Positions 15,121 to 29,970 of a DNA stretch of 64,000 nucleotides are shown piece by piece. Each line of letters opens with the position of its first letter. Position 1 is the first letter of the stretch. Made by a program: the position numbers and the translations under genes. Source of the stretch: the human T2T-CHM13v2.0 reference genome, Homo sapiens; the NCBI RefSeq assembly GCF_009914755.1, contig NC_060926.1; one strand, written 5' to 3'. Under the pieces are notes generated by a model. That model was not told the origin of the DNA. It searched no databases and saw only the letters and a list, made by a program, of their open reading frames with translations.

Positions 15121-18100
15121 ATCCAAAAAAAAATTGTTAAAAAAGAGAAAAATGTCTAGACATCTTTGAGTCTCCATTTGCAAATTTAGCCCAGAAAGAA
15201 GGACATTGAGAAGCCGAGGCTTAGAGTGGCCTGCAGAGGAGTGAGCGAAAGTCCATCACGGTTTCTTGTTCACTGTGTATCCGCGGACTAGCTCCGGAGA
15301 AGCCCAGGTCTCAAGTTTTTCTTTCTTTTTTTTTTTTTTTTTAACATAAAGAATAAACATAATACCAGCTCTCAAAGGTTGGCTATGATGATGGAATGGG
15401 ATGAACGTAGAACACCTCACCAGTGGGAGGGGCTCAACAAGTGAATTTTCTCTCTTCTCCGATTGACAATAAAACAAAACAGAAATTGGAGATATTGGCC
15501 CTCTTTTTGTTTTGTTCCCCTGGAATTAGCTAACCTTGCACAACAAAAGGCTAGACTGCTAGCTGCCTGGGGGCAGGGACAGCCCTGCCTGGTTCAGTTT
15601 TGTAGGTTAGTTGTTAGGAAGGAAGCTGGTGTAGAATTCTGAGAATGTTTTCTACAAATGTTGGGTGAATAAAAAAAAAACAGGGGACTAAGAAAAAAGA
15701 AGGAAAGAAAGAGTGGAAGGAAAGGAGGGTGGAAGGAAGAACACAAGGTCGCTTTTCCTCTGGACAAAGTCCAGAGTTTTTGGAAGAGAAGGAAAGGAGA
15801 AGCAACATTTGCCACCTCCTGCTGTGAGCCCAAATGTTATAAAACTTAGTTCTCACAACCACCAGGAGGGCCCTGAGGATAATTGCCCAAGCTCTGCTAT
15901 TTACTTATTAACCAATAAGTAAATCTGTCTTCTGGGCAAGTTATTTGCTGAGTGGGTGAGTAAGTTCTTTGTGCCCCTGACTTCTCCTCTAAAATGGTGA
16001 GAATTAAATGAGATAATAGGTGTAAACCCATTATACAGTTATTGGCAAATACTAAGTGCTCGATACATGTTGGATATGGTTATGCTTCACGATGAAGAAA
16101 CAGAGGTTAAGTAACTTGGCCGATTCACAAACCTGAGAAGCACGTGGCTGGATTCCCACTTTGCTTCTAGAGCTCACACCAGTTCTCCGGGGTCTGCAGC
16201 TCTTGAGGCATCACAAGGAGTGGTTTGTGGAATCCCCACGCCACATGGTCTCAGAATGTATTACCAGACAGAACTACTAAAAGGAACTCTTTAGGGGACA
16301 TAACTTTTAGGCTGAGCTGCTGGAAAGGGTTAATTGGGCCACTGGGATTCTTATCTTTGTCTGAGGGATTCCTTCATTCATTAAATAACAAACAGATAAA
16401 TAAACAAACAAAGCCAAAAGGAGGTAAGATCCTTAATGCTTACAGAGCCCTTACCCAGCCCAGCCTGAGCCAGGAGCTGCAGGAAGCTCAAAGCTCTAGG
16501 ACAGGGCCCCTCACCTCCCTGTCTCCAGGGACTTAGTATTTGCTAATCACTGCTTGTCACAAGTAGGACATCCTCAGTGCTGTGTGTTGATGGGAATCAG
16601 TTTCTTATCGTATAACAAGGAGGCTGGATGGCAAGTGGCGTTTACCACCATCTAGAATTCTCTAACGATTCACAGTGAGAGAGATCTCAATCCAGGAGCT
16701 ACCATGGTCCCTCTGCGTCTGGGATTTCAGCCTAGCCTTTGTAGGTGCTGGAATATGCTTAGATAGCTCTCAGGGCAAGGCACTGTTCTGTATGTCCACA
16801 CATACTAACTTATTTAATACTCACCTCAATTCCACTCCTTTACTGTCAAGGAACTGAGACACGAAGAGTTTAAGCCCACACAGCCAGCATGTGGTGAAGA
16901 ATTCGACTCCGCACAGCCTGGCGGCAACGTCAGCGCCATGCTATGCTGTCTCCCTGCAAAACAGATCCCAGTAAAATGGAATTCAGTTTACAAAGTGGCT
17001 ATTCATCTTCCAAGGAGGGATAGAATGAAGGAGCTAAAGACAGAGGGAGAGAAGAAAGAAATGCAGAACAGGGAGCGGAAACGGGGGCTCCTCCCTTGCA
17101 GCACCTGAGACACGTGATCTCTCTGCCTGTTCCTTCCTCCAGCACCCAACCCCCTCTGCCAGCAACTTCCAGATAATCCCACTAAGAATTCCAAGCAGGT
17201 CTCATTGCTTCTTGGAAAGTAGCCGGCAGAGGCCCACACCCTGAGCGTGCGAGTCCGGTTCCGAGTCCTGAGACTGGCAGAGAACGCTCCTGGGAGGGGT
17301 TGGCCTTCCCATTCCCCTGAGTCTGGGCCCAGGCCTGCCACATTCCATTCTTCAGGTCTTAAAAGCCTCCTATTCTTTTACAAATCACTGGTTCAGACCT
17401 AAATTATCCAGATAATTGAGCCGCCTGGCCCGTCATTTTGTTGGCATAGACACCATTTATGTGTAATCTGAGAATATTCTATCTGCCGCGGAGTTTCTTC
17501 CAAAGGCATTATTTCTAACCTTCTTTAAGAAACAAATTTCCTGTTGCCATGGAGATCATCTTTTGGCTAATTTTATCAGGCTCAGGAGCCAGGCTGGAAG
17601 CAGCTCTCTCCTGTCTCCCAGGTTCTCTACTTTGCTGAGTCCCAGGTTGTCTGTCAAACGAGGCTCTCGGATCTCAGCAGCCTGCGCATGAGACAATTCA
17701 GATGATGGCTACATTTTGGTTTTGAATTTTAAAAGCCTTGACATCATCTGCACAGGCATTTTTGATTTGTTTTAATGAGAAAACACATACAATAAAGATT
17801 CAGAGCTGATAAGTTTCATAAATGCATGCTTTCTGGAACCTGACTGTGAGGAAACTGTTAAAATGAGAAGTTTCTGAGCTAGCAAAGACTGTAGAAAATT
17901 CAGAAAGAGGAAAAGGCATTGCTTGGGCGCCAGGCCTTGTGCTGCCCTGAGGTGTACTAGGGGAAGCGGGGAATGGAGCGTGCAATTTGCCTCTTTCCAG
18001 CTATCTGGGGATAATTAAATTGCGTCAGTGCTTGGAGGGACTGCAAGGGTCATCTCTTTTAAAACTCTCATTTTATAAATTGGGAAATTAATCCAAATTC

Positions 18101-19033
18101 TCTGGAGTTAGATTTGGTTCTTGGGAGGGTTTGTACCCAATGTCTCTGGACTTGCAGTCACTTGGGATAAAATCCAAACGAAATCCTCCCAGGCTGGACC
18201 AGGCACATCTCCCTCCAGGCTCTGAGGCACTCACAGCTCCCGTGCAGCCTGCTTTTCTCACCTCCGTGTCTTTGCACAGTCTACCTTCTGCTCTTTGGAA
18301 TGCACTTCCACTTTCGTACCCTCTTGGACAGTTTTCGCTATCCTTCAAAGCTCACCTCAAGTGTCACCTTTTCAGGAATTCTCTAGGCTGGGTCAAGTTG
18401 TCTTACGAAGCCTTCACACTGTGCAATTATTTGCACATGTGCCATTTTGTCTACTGGACAGGGATCTCTTTGGGGAACGTGTTCTAGTCACCTCAGAGTT
18501 CTGGCTTGGAGGAGACACTCACTGAATGAAGAAATCAATAATCCCAACAGTTAACATAGGAGAACCTACTAAGCACAGGTATTGTATTAATGTATTGGTT
18601 CACTTAATATGAAGTGATATTAATATTAGAAGGTTGATACCTCCTAGGATTAGTGGGAATGTTAGGTGAGCTAATACATTAATAGCTAATACATTGTTTG
18701 ACTGTTGAGGAAACTGAGGCATAGCAAAGGAACTTGCCAAAGGCCACGCGGCTAGACAGTATTGGAACCAGGATTCAAACTTTGGCGATTTGCGTCCAGA
18801 TTTTTCACTTTTAACAGTTATGGGTTCAGGATATGCTACCCCAAAATATGGCACCTTGGCATTTTAGAAAACACCAGAAGCAGGGAAGTTTTTCTGACCC
18901 TGTCCTGCCATTCTCCCCTGAGGCAGGCCAGAAAGAATTCTCTGACCTTTCTCTAAAGTGGGTCCAGAGGGTTCCTCTTTATACCCAGACGAAAGGAATG
19001 AAGACACAGAGGCACAGATAATAATCTGGATAA

Positions 19034-19535
<502 letters not shown>

Positions 19536-19613
19536 AGGTTGTTCACGTTAGATCAGACCATTTTGTCCTTCAGTCACACTTCTGAATGACTGTCCATAAA
19601 AATACCGTTCTCC

Positions 19614-20099
<486 letters not shown>

Positions 20100-22308
20100 G
20101 TCTTCATTTCTGAAGGCTTTGTGTCACATAAAACTTACATAAATTTGTACGTTTTTCTCTTGTCAATCAGTCTTTTGCTATAGATGCCTCAGCTGTGAAT
20201 CTTGTGATGGGTGAGGAAAGGTATCTTTTTTCCCTCCTATAACAGGTATTCTAGATGCCTCTTGGATCAATGAGCAGGCCTAGCGTGCAGGTATAAACCA
20301 CACTTTATAGCTGAGGAAATGAGCATGATGATAAGATGCCTCTTCCCAGGTCACATGGGCAGTGAGTGATGAAGCCGGATTCAAAGCTGGAATGTCTGAC
20401 TTCAAAGTTGATTCTCTTGCTGCTTCACTGTACTGTTTCCAAAATTAAGTATGAAATTATGCGGCACTGACCACAAATGTTGTGGAGACCACTTCTCTTG
20501 TGAGACTTTCTAATTTTCTCTTATGATTTCCATATAAAATACTTCAATTCTGGGATCACCCCTACTCTCTAGCACAGAAAACCCCAAGGCTTATCTCTTC
20601 TTCGTACCTCTGAGACGCGTAACAAGTGCCAGTGTGACAGGGGGCAGTTCTCTCCATCACAGGGAACCTTCCCTAGTACCAAGATTGTGAGCAGATGGTT
20701 TTTATCTTAGTTCTGTTTCTTCAATTTCGATAATACATGAACGGGTCCTTTAGCCTGAAGTTTTCAATCAAAGGAATAAATGGAAAGGAATCAAACTCTC
20801 TTCACTCAAGAGACAAAGATGCTGATGCCTACTTGTATCGATGGTACCTGTAGCAGTAAAATACTTGCAATATGTCCTTGGGATGTGATCTTCTTCCTCA
20901 GTAGGAGGTTGGGAAATTCCTCTAAACTAGAAGCAGAAGGCTGGCCAGAGGCACTGTCAGTCTTGGCCTTGCCATTGGTGCCACCATCTCGTGAGGGCTC
21001 TGTGTGTTCAGATCAGGCTCGTTACTGTGTGCAGCAGAGTGGTACCTTTCATGCTGCCACCCTTACTTGTACATGTACAGTTTACTAAGACAAGATTGAC
21101 ATGCTGATGGCCTTGGCCACAAGGTCTTGGAGCTACACTGACCAGAGCATCTTTTTGTAAACCCTTAATTTATCCCAGTGGTCACATTCCTGCCATCTGC
21201 TCTAGCCTCTAGTTCTCACTGTTTCCTTGAGTCTTTAATTTCAGCCTAAGAAAGGGGTCCCTGTCAGACTGACTGGCAAGGGGGCAGATTTCAATACATA
21301 TGACCCTATGGCTGCCTTTGATTCTCCTGCATCAGACTTCCTCTTTGTTGCATCACTGATGCAGAGGTGCAGCTCTGCATCAGGTGCAAATGCTGAAACC
21401 AGCCTTCAATGGCATGCCCCAGCTGCAAAGCCCGATGGGGCTTTTACATCCTTAAAGGTGCAGTGGTCTTGAGTGCGTGGGCACCTACCCGGCCAGTCTT
21501 TTATTTTTCTTGCTCTGAATTCCGAGAGCATGTATTCAGGCTCTACTCCACTTGGTATGTTCTGATTTGTCTGCCATTTCTCCAGGTAAGGGTCATGTTC
21601 CTCCTGGGCTATGAGACACTCCAGGCAGTGACTTTGTGTTATCCTCTCTGAGTCCTCCGTGCCTAGCAGGGAATCCGGTACAGGATGAGTGCTCAGAATG
21701 TATTTGGTGAATGAATGAATAAATGGATGGTAAAATAAGGGAAGATAATGGCAGGTTCTCTTTTTCATTTTAAAGCTAAACTTGGTCTTTATTCAATAAC
21801 TTTTAATTTGAAGCCTTTAAAAATTTGGAATGAAGCCCCAAGGTCATGGGTTTGCCTGTTTTGTTTTGCTTATTATTGTTTTTTTTTGGTGGGGGAGAAT
21901 TATTTATTTTGGCTTTCTTGTATGCATTGGGTGCCTTTCTGCTTGCTTTAATTCTGCTTCCATTTGAGATGTGAGTCCTTTAGAAACAGCTAACTTCTGA
22001 GATACTGGAAGAACTCCACACCAAAAGCCTTGATGTCTGGGTTCGAATTTCACTCTGCTGACATCAAGGTGGCCTTTGAGACAATCACTTCTCCCCTCGG
22101 CATGTTATTGATTTATCTATTCATAAATCTCTAAAATGTGGAGGTAAACTAGATGATCTCTAAGTCAGCCTTCCTCTCTCTCAAATGTTCTCTAACTATA
22201 CTGCTTATGGTAAAGTTTCATTTTTGATGCCTGATTAGGTAGAGAGGAAACAGATCTTCATTGTCAATGCCACAGTTATTCAAGCACAGCGGTGGTTAAA
22301 AGGTCTGA

Positions 22309-22706
<398 letters not shown>

Positions 22707-22881
22707 CAGATTTTTCACTTTTAACGAATGATGGGTTCAGGATATGCTACCCCCAAATATGACACCTTGGTATTTGAGAAAACAGCAGAAGCAGGAAAGT
22801 GTCTCTGTCTGACCTTCTGCCATTGTGACTTGAAACAAGTTAGAAGAGAATTCTCTCACTTTCTTCTAAAGTAGGTCCAGA
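22707..22881 (+). repeat. Partial duplicate of 18795-18968 (MIR flank plus 5' end of the MER39-like LTR)
   Basis: Shares the non-LTR flank cagatttttcacttttaac and the LTR start through gtccaga. Confidence 0.85.
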
Positions 22882-24140
22882 CGGTAACATATTCCAAGGT
22901 GTGGTGTCCTGAAGCAGCTCAGTGTTGCTGGAGCATGAAGTGTGAGGAAGGGGAGGAGGCCACAAGGTGTGGCTGAAGCTCCAGGCCGGGAAGGTCATGG
23001 AGGTCCTTCACACAGCGGCTGGGAGGTTGGGCTTTGTTTCAGAGGCAATGTGGAGCCTCTGAAAGATATTGGGGGTAGGGGGGCGGGGGGCCTGAGGCGA
23101 GGAGTAGCCTATTGTAGGGAATGAACTGTCATGGAAGACCCGGAAGTAGGGTGGCCAGCCTGGAGGGTGTTGCGGAGAGTGCAGGTAAGAGGTGAGAAAG
23201 GCTTGAATGGCGCAGTGATGGAAGGAGAGGAGAGGTTGACAAGCCTCCTAGAAATAAGCAGAAAGTGAAACGGCAGGAGTCAGCTCTGGTTTGGAGGTAG
23301 GGATTGGAGGCAATTTGCAGGGGCCTCTTTTGGCTGCTCCACCTCACGCAAAGTACACAGGGGCACAGGAGCCACCATGAGTTCATTGTTGGGCGTGTGG
23401 AGGTGGATGGCGGGTCAGCGGCCTATCCTGCTGGAGCTGTCTTGCAGGCAGCTGGCCATCCAAGTTGGAATTAGGGCCGATCGCAGCTGGGAATGGAGGC
23501 CTTGTGGCCTCCTCCCCTTCCTCACACTTCACACTCCAGCAACACTGAGTTGCTTCAGGACACCACACCTTTGAATATGTTACTGTCTGGACCTACTTTA
23601 GAGGAAAGTGAGAGAATTCTCTTCTAGCCTGCTTCAAGTCACAATGGCAGAAGAAGGTCAGACAGAGTCACCCATCTAAATTGTTAATGGAATAACCAAG
23701 AGTGAGCTTTTAGGGCAAGAAGACATTGGTCCAGAACAGGGCTGAGGAGACAGTTCTGTTTGAGGGATGGACAGAGGGACTGCTCACTGAGAAGGAAGCA
23801 ATCCCAGGGGGTTTGACTTCAAGAACTCTAAGAAAAGAGCTTCAAGATAATGTGGTCAACAGAGCCAGACACGGTGGAGGGGTGCCGTGAAATGAGGACT
23901 GAAACCATCTCACTGGGTCTGATGAGTGAGTGTAAGTTCGTTGGAACACTAAGAACATCATCAACTTGGGATCTGTGGAACCCAAGTTAGAATGTAGACT
24001 ACTCTTTTTTGCCTGTTGAAAAATGAGAGAGATACATTAGACAATAGAGATGTGGTCAAGGAAAGAATCTTTCAGGATGGAGGAGATCTGAGCCCACTGC
24101 ATCCTGGAGGAGCAGGGCTGGAAGAGAGGAAGCAGTTAAA
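22882..24140 (-). mobile_element. L2 relic, interrupted by an inverted duplication at 23500-23671
   Basis: Purine-rich L2 antisense motifs (gaggcaatgtggagcctctgaaag, ggagctgtcttgcaggcagctgg, aaatgaggactgaaa). Confidence 0.6.
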
Positions 24141-24146
24141 GGTACG

Positions 24147-25378
24147 GTGTGTGCGCATGTGTCTCCGTGTGGATGTGTCTGTCTCTCTCTCTGTGTTGGT
24201 ATGTGTATATGCCTGTGTGTCTCTCTCCATGTCTCCGTGTGTGTGTCTGTGTCTGTGAGTGTGTTTGTGTGTCTCTGTGTGTGTGTATATGTGTCTGTGT
24301 TTTGTGTGTCTAAGAGTGTGTCTGTCTCTGTGTTTGTGTCTGTGTTTGTGTGTCTGAATCTGTGTCTGTGTGTATGCCTGTGACTACGTATGTGTTTTTG
24401 AGTGTATGTGTGTGTCTATGTGTCTGTGTGTGTCTATGTGTCTGTGAGGATATGTCTGTGTGTGTGTCTGAGTGTGTGTGTCTATGTATCTCTCTGTGAG
24501 TGTGTCTGTGTGTCTCTGTGTCTGTGAATGTATATCTATGTGTCTGTGTGTCTGACTCTCTGTGTGTGTCTATATATGTTTCTGCCTCTATGTGTATGTG
24601 TCTGTGTGTCTGTATCTGAGTGTGTGTGTGTCTGTGTGTATGTCTGTGTGTGTCTGTGTCTGTGTGTATGTCTATGACTGTGTGCCTCTGTGCCTGTGTG
24701 TGTGTCTCTGTATGTCTTTGTGTGCGTCTGTGTGTATGTGTGCATCTGTGTGTATATCTGTGTGTATGTGTATCTGTGTCTGTGGGTGTCACTGTGTGTG
24801 TCTGAGTCTATGTGTGTGCCTGTGTGTATCTATGTGTGTGTGTCTGTGTGTGTATCTGTGTCTATATGTGTTCCTGTCTGTGTGTGTCTGTGTGTTTGTG
24901 TCTGTAGATGTGTCTTTGTGTGTGTCTGTATGTATCTGTGTCTCTGTGTGTGTCTGTGTGTGTGTCTGTCTGTGTATGTCTATGAGAGTGTGTATCTGTG
25001 TCTGTGTGTGTGTCTCTGTGTGTGTCTGTGTGTGTATGTCTATGTGTGTTCCTGTCTGTGTGTGTCTATATGTTTGTGTCTGTGTGTGTCTCTGTGTGTG
25101 TGTGTCTGTATCTGTGTGTGTATGTGTGTCTGTGTGTCTATGAGTGTGTGTGTGTGTTTGTGTGTCTCTATGTGTCTTATGTGAGTGTCTGTATGTCTAT
25201 GTGTGTCTGTGTCTATGTGTGTCCCTGTCTGTATCTGTGTGTGTATGTGTGTCTGTGTGTCTATGAGTGTGTGTGTGTGTGTTTGTGTGTCTCTATGTGT
25301 CTTATGTGAGTGTCTGTGTGTCTATGTGTGTCTGTGTCTATGTGTGTCCCTGTCTGTGTGTGTGTGTGTGTGTGTGTG
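24147..25378. repeat. Degenerate (TG)n/(TGTC)n tract, ~1.2 kb
   Basis: Seen directly; includes a ~120-bp internal duplication near 25106-25350. Confidence 0.95.
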
Positions 25379-26959
25379 AGATGGTGAATATTCCAGGGGC
25401 GGCAGGAAGAGAGGAAGACCAGGGCACAGGTAGAAGAGTTAGGCAGCACACAGGGACCCTCAGGAGGGAGTTGAAGAAGGGCCTCGTCTGGTTACCCATT
25501 CTTCCTGATGTCATAGGAGGCAAGGACATCTGTGAGAGTGGGGTGAGAGTTGAGCTGTGAGGGCTTGGGGTACAGGCTTAGACTCATCTTTGAGGAATGG
25601 GAGGGAGCTGTCCAGAGACAGGTGGAGAAGCTGCTCAGGGATCCCCGAAGTTGGCAACCACAGGTCGGTATTGCAGCAGTTTGCACAGTTGTGAAATTAA
25701 ATGTTCCCCTGTAGCTTTCGGCCTGCAGCTGTGGGAGTAAAGAGGGTGGGCAGTGACGCTGGCACAGGACAAGGCTTTGCTGGGCCCATTCAGGGGACGT
25801 GGGAAAATGCTGGCATTCATCGTTCGGAGGCTCCTCTGCAGTGCTGGTGACAGCTGGAGACATTTGCTCAGGACCCATTGGTTGCCAGGCCCTGTGCGGG
25901 GTGTCGCGGTAGTGAGATAGACAGGACTGAAATTGGACTCTGGGGCGATGTGGCCCGGGCACCTGTGGAGACAACACCATCATTAAAGTCACTGGACCGG
26001 GTTCCAACGCTGCCACAAGCACGCTCAGTGGACTCTCCTCTGCCCCAGGGTCCTCCTCTGTGATTGATGTTAATAATATTTGCTTCATAGTAATAGTCAT
26101 TATTGTCAGGCAGGAATCGATGGAGCTTTCTTTGACCCTGTTGGAAACAAGAGTGAGGGGTGAGTTGAAACTCAGCTCTATCCTTGCTGGACTCCTTGAG
26201 GGGTCTGCATGTGCTGTTTCTCATCATCCTGGTCATCATCAGACCTGCCCATGGTGGGCTCAGGTCCCAAGTCCTTTCTGAGCCATGTGGCCCTGGTGTA
26301 TGCTATGACTTTGTGCTGTGCAGATGGGCTTGTGGCGCTGGTTGAGGCCCAGCTGAGCCACGAGATGCTACCGGCCTGGATGATGGGTTATCAGAGCCCT
26401 GTGCAGACCACACAGACGGCTGCCCAGAACCCCACTGCTGCCGGCTCTACCACCCAAGCAGTCGCTAGGCCCCCCTCCAGCTGCTCTGACATTCCCTTCC
26501 CAAGGCCTAAGAAATGCTCTGGCCAAGCTAGATGATCACAGAGTTCAGTGGACTCCTGGTGCACTAAAAGAAAACACACACAGTGTTAGGGCTACGGAGG
26601 GCATGGTTGGATGTTTGAGGCAAGACTGCTGTTAGTCAAGGAGGAGGGGAAGGGGCGGTGCCGGAGGAGGCAGGACGCCCTGAAGGATCCAAAGGTCAAA
26701 GGAAACAAATATTGCAAAGCAGCTACTTTAAGCCAGGAATTCTGTAATGGTTATTTCTTTGGTTCTCTCTGAAACCCTGTTAAGCAGGCATTCTCATTTC
26801 CAGTTCATAGATAAAGAAACTGAGGCCCAGGGAGATTGTGCCGAGTCTGACTCCAAAGCCTGTGCCCTTTCCACTACACAACCCTTGTCAGAACCAGCCC
26901 TTAAACAAGGTTCACATCCAAGTCATTTATTATACATGGAAAGAGCTTCTGAGGCCTGT

Positions 26960-27180
26960 TGAGGCTGATTTGCATAATTCATTTTTAGAACATTAATTAG
27001 CCGGGATGTGTAATAGTTCTTGTGCCAATTTGTGTTTCAATTTCAAATGCAAATACAAATTAGCAAATGTTATTCCTGTGGCACCTTAAGGATGAAACAT
27101 TTGCTGCTCGTCGTATTAATCTTTACATTTCTGAAACTATCACTGATAGAAGCAATAATATCCTCTAATTTGCAGGATTG
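26960..27180. promoter_or_regulatory. Candidate POU/homeodomain enhancer
   Basis: Octamers ATTTGCAT 26968-26975 and ATGCAAAT 27047-27054; ATTAATTA ~26992; non-repeat sequence. Confidence 0.4.
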
Positions 27181-27249
27181 AGAAAAAAATGTAGTCTGAT
27201 GGGGGCTGGGGTGGGTGAGAGGTTAATTCTCTTTCAGCAAAAGAAAACA

Positions 27250-27900
27250 GCATCCATCCATCGATTAAATAGTGCTGAGTACCTACTAAATGTCAGACGT
27301 TGTGGTAGCAGGCAGAGATAGGGCCAGGGAGCACCCACACTTAGAGTTCTATAAATACACAAGCATACTATGTTGTGATGTGTATTAGAATAGGCCTGCA
27401 CTTTAAGCGGTGGAACAGAAAGATTGGAAGGCCTAGAAATGTTTTCCAAAGATGGAGACACGGGGCCAGCCAAGTCTTGGAGGGGAAGCTGGAGGAAGCC
27501 TGGTCAGTGTCCTTGGTGGTGAGGGGAGCAATGGTGGCAGTGGGGATAGGATGAGAGAAGACAGAGACAAGAAGAGACATGAGAGCTGGTGTATTTGGGG
27601 AACTCCAAGCCGTTCTGCACCACTGGAACTCAGGATTATTTGCAGGTGTGACAGCAGGGGCAGGATGATGGACAGATTGCATGCTGGCTGTTCTTTGGAA
27701 TTCACTCTGCAAACCTGGGGGAGCCATTCACAGAAGCAGCTGGTTAGACTGACATTTTAGAAAGCTCACCCTGGAGGCTGTGTGGAGAAATTTTGCAAGG
27801 AGGGGATTCAGTTAAGGAGTAGACAAAGGGTTGGGATAACCCACCAGTGGAAGAGGAAGTAGAGATGGGGGGTGGGGGACACTGTCAAGGGATATTTTAG
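27250..27900 (-). mobile_element. L2 relic
   Basis: catccatccat...tgagtacctactaaatgtcag...gacattttagaaagctcaccctggaggctgtgtggaga. Confidence 0.65.
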
Positions 27901-28387
27901 GAATATCACTATAAGGAGGCAATATGGGGCGGTGCTTAGAACTCATCCCACCCTCTTGCCATCTTAGCTCTAACCTCGGGCAAGTCTCTGACCTTGAGCG
28001 AGTCTCTGCTTTAGCCTGCTCCTCTGTAAAACAGGCATGATAATAAAAATGAGCCCCATCTCATACAGTTGTTTTTCACAAAGGAAACACTCAAGAATTG
28101 ATAGAGATGATAGGGAAGATGATGGTGGGATGGTTTCTAACTGGATGTAGGGGCTGAAGGAGAAAAAGGTCTGGACAAATGTCCAGATTCCTGATTGGGA
28201 ATGCTGAAATGGGTGTGGTTACTCTTCATTCAATAGAGAACCTGTGGAGGCAGAGGTTTGAAAACGAATAAGTCAGTGTAGACAGGGTAGGGGCAAGGAT
28301 TTGGTAGACAATCTATTCAGGTTCTAGAAGCGGTCTTCTAAAGGCAGCCCTCTCGTAATCATCAGCCCCTGTGTCCTTCTTTGAGCA

Positions 28388-28618
28388 AGTCCAAGGTTAT
28401 ACTCTTTAGCATCTCTAAATAAATACAATACAATACAATATAATACAATACAATACAATACAATACAATACAATACAATACAATACAATACAATACAATA
28501 CAATACAATACATTATTGTTGACTGTAGTCACCCTGTTGTGCTAGCAAATACTAGATCCTATTCATTCTAACTATATTTTTGTACCTATTAACCCTTCTC
28601 ACCCACCTTCCCCTGCCC
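28388..28618 (-). mobile_element. L1MA 3'-end fragment
   Basis: ttattgttgactgtagtcaccctgttgtgctagcaaatactagatcctattcattctaactatatttttgtacc. Confidence 0.75.
28422..28512. repeat. (AATAC)n pentanucleotide microsatellite, ~18 units
   Basis: Seen directly, expanded inside the L1MA fragment. Confidence 0.95.
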
Positions 28619-29187
28619 CTACTTTGGCACATTTTGTTGGCTGAAACAATTCACAGAGGCAATCCACATTGAATGTGGAAGGTCTACAGTGGGAGGTGAC
28701 TACAGCAGGATGTGGTTCATGAAGAGCCATTTTTCGAGCCCCCCCCCCCCCGTGACAGATGCGTACACACGTTGTCTGTCTTCGCAATAATAAAGTAATC
28801 ATTATAATGGGCCATGCAGCTAATAAGTGGCAGCCACTCCAGCAGGCCCTTTGCATACAGTTTCGTCTTTGCAACACCCCTTCAAGGCTGTTGCTACTCT
28901 CACTTCACATGTAAGGAAATTGGAAATTGAGGTTCTATAACTAGACTTTGGTCACAAAGTTAGTAAATGGTCTAAACTGGATCTGAATATGGATTACGCT
29001 AACTCTAAAGCTCATGCTTCCTTCTCTCCTCCATGACAGATGCTGTAACAGATCTTTAGAATCCCAGGGATAGCATCTAACCTAGTCTCATGGTGACGAG
29101 GTACACTTCATGGCGGTTGTGATACTTGATTGCCAACCTTCCTCCCAGTCCTAATATTTCATGTAGGTCAGTTACAGTCTAGTGTAA

Positions 29188-29605
<418 letters not shown>

Positions 29606-29946
29606 CAAGATAACTTTGTAAATTATCTTGTAGATTAAGATAATTTACAAAGTTATCTTTGTAATGTACCAGCAATCATTTGGTAAAGGAGAGTGTTGAT
29701 AAATTAGTGATATCAAGTTTAGCAGTGACTAAATTACCTCATATTGCCATGGAAAATATACCAAGTATTAGCAAATCTACAAAGAAGTGAAGTTGCAGTG
29801 TCATATTGAGGCTGGCATACCAGAAATTTAGTTGAAAGAACATTTGTTTTTAGCAGATGACAGCTACTCAATTACTGGAACATCGTGCTGGGCAAGGCCA
29901 ACTTTCCCTGTGAAAGTTAAAGCTGAATTTTGTGTTTTTTCCGCAG

Positions 29947-29970
29947 AGAGTGATTGCCCACCTTCTACAG
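29947..29970 (+). other. Candidate 24-nt microexon of an unidentified host transcript
   Basis: ttttgtgttttttccgcag | AGAGTGATTGCCCACCTTCTACAG | gtatgt. Confidence 0.35.

Noticed and set aside
23071-23090. G-quadruplex-like G runs (also ~302-330, ~4971-5000)
   Set aside because: Common in human DNA and nothing here supports a function
24147-25449. Cys/Val-rich and His/Thr-rich ORFs
   Set aside because: Translations of the (TG)n/(CA)n tract
25492-26100. Longest ORF in the window (202 aa, - strand)
   Set aside because: No recognisable domain or homologue; its start lies in MIR-like sequence; compatible with chance in GC-rich DNA
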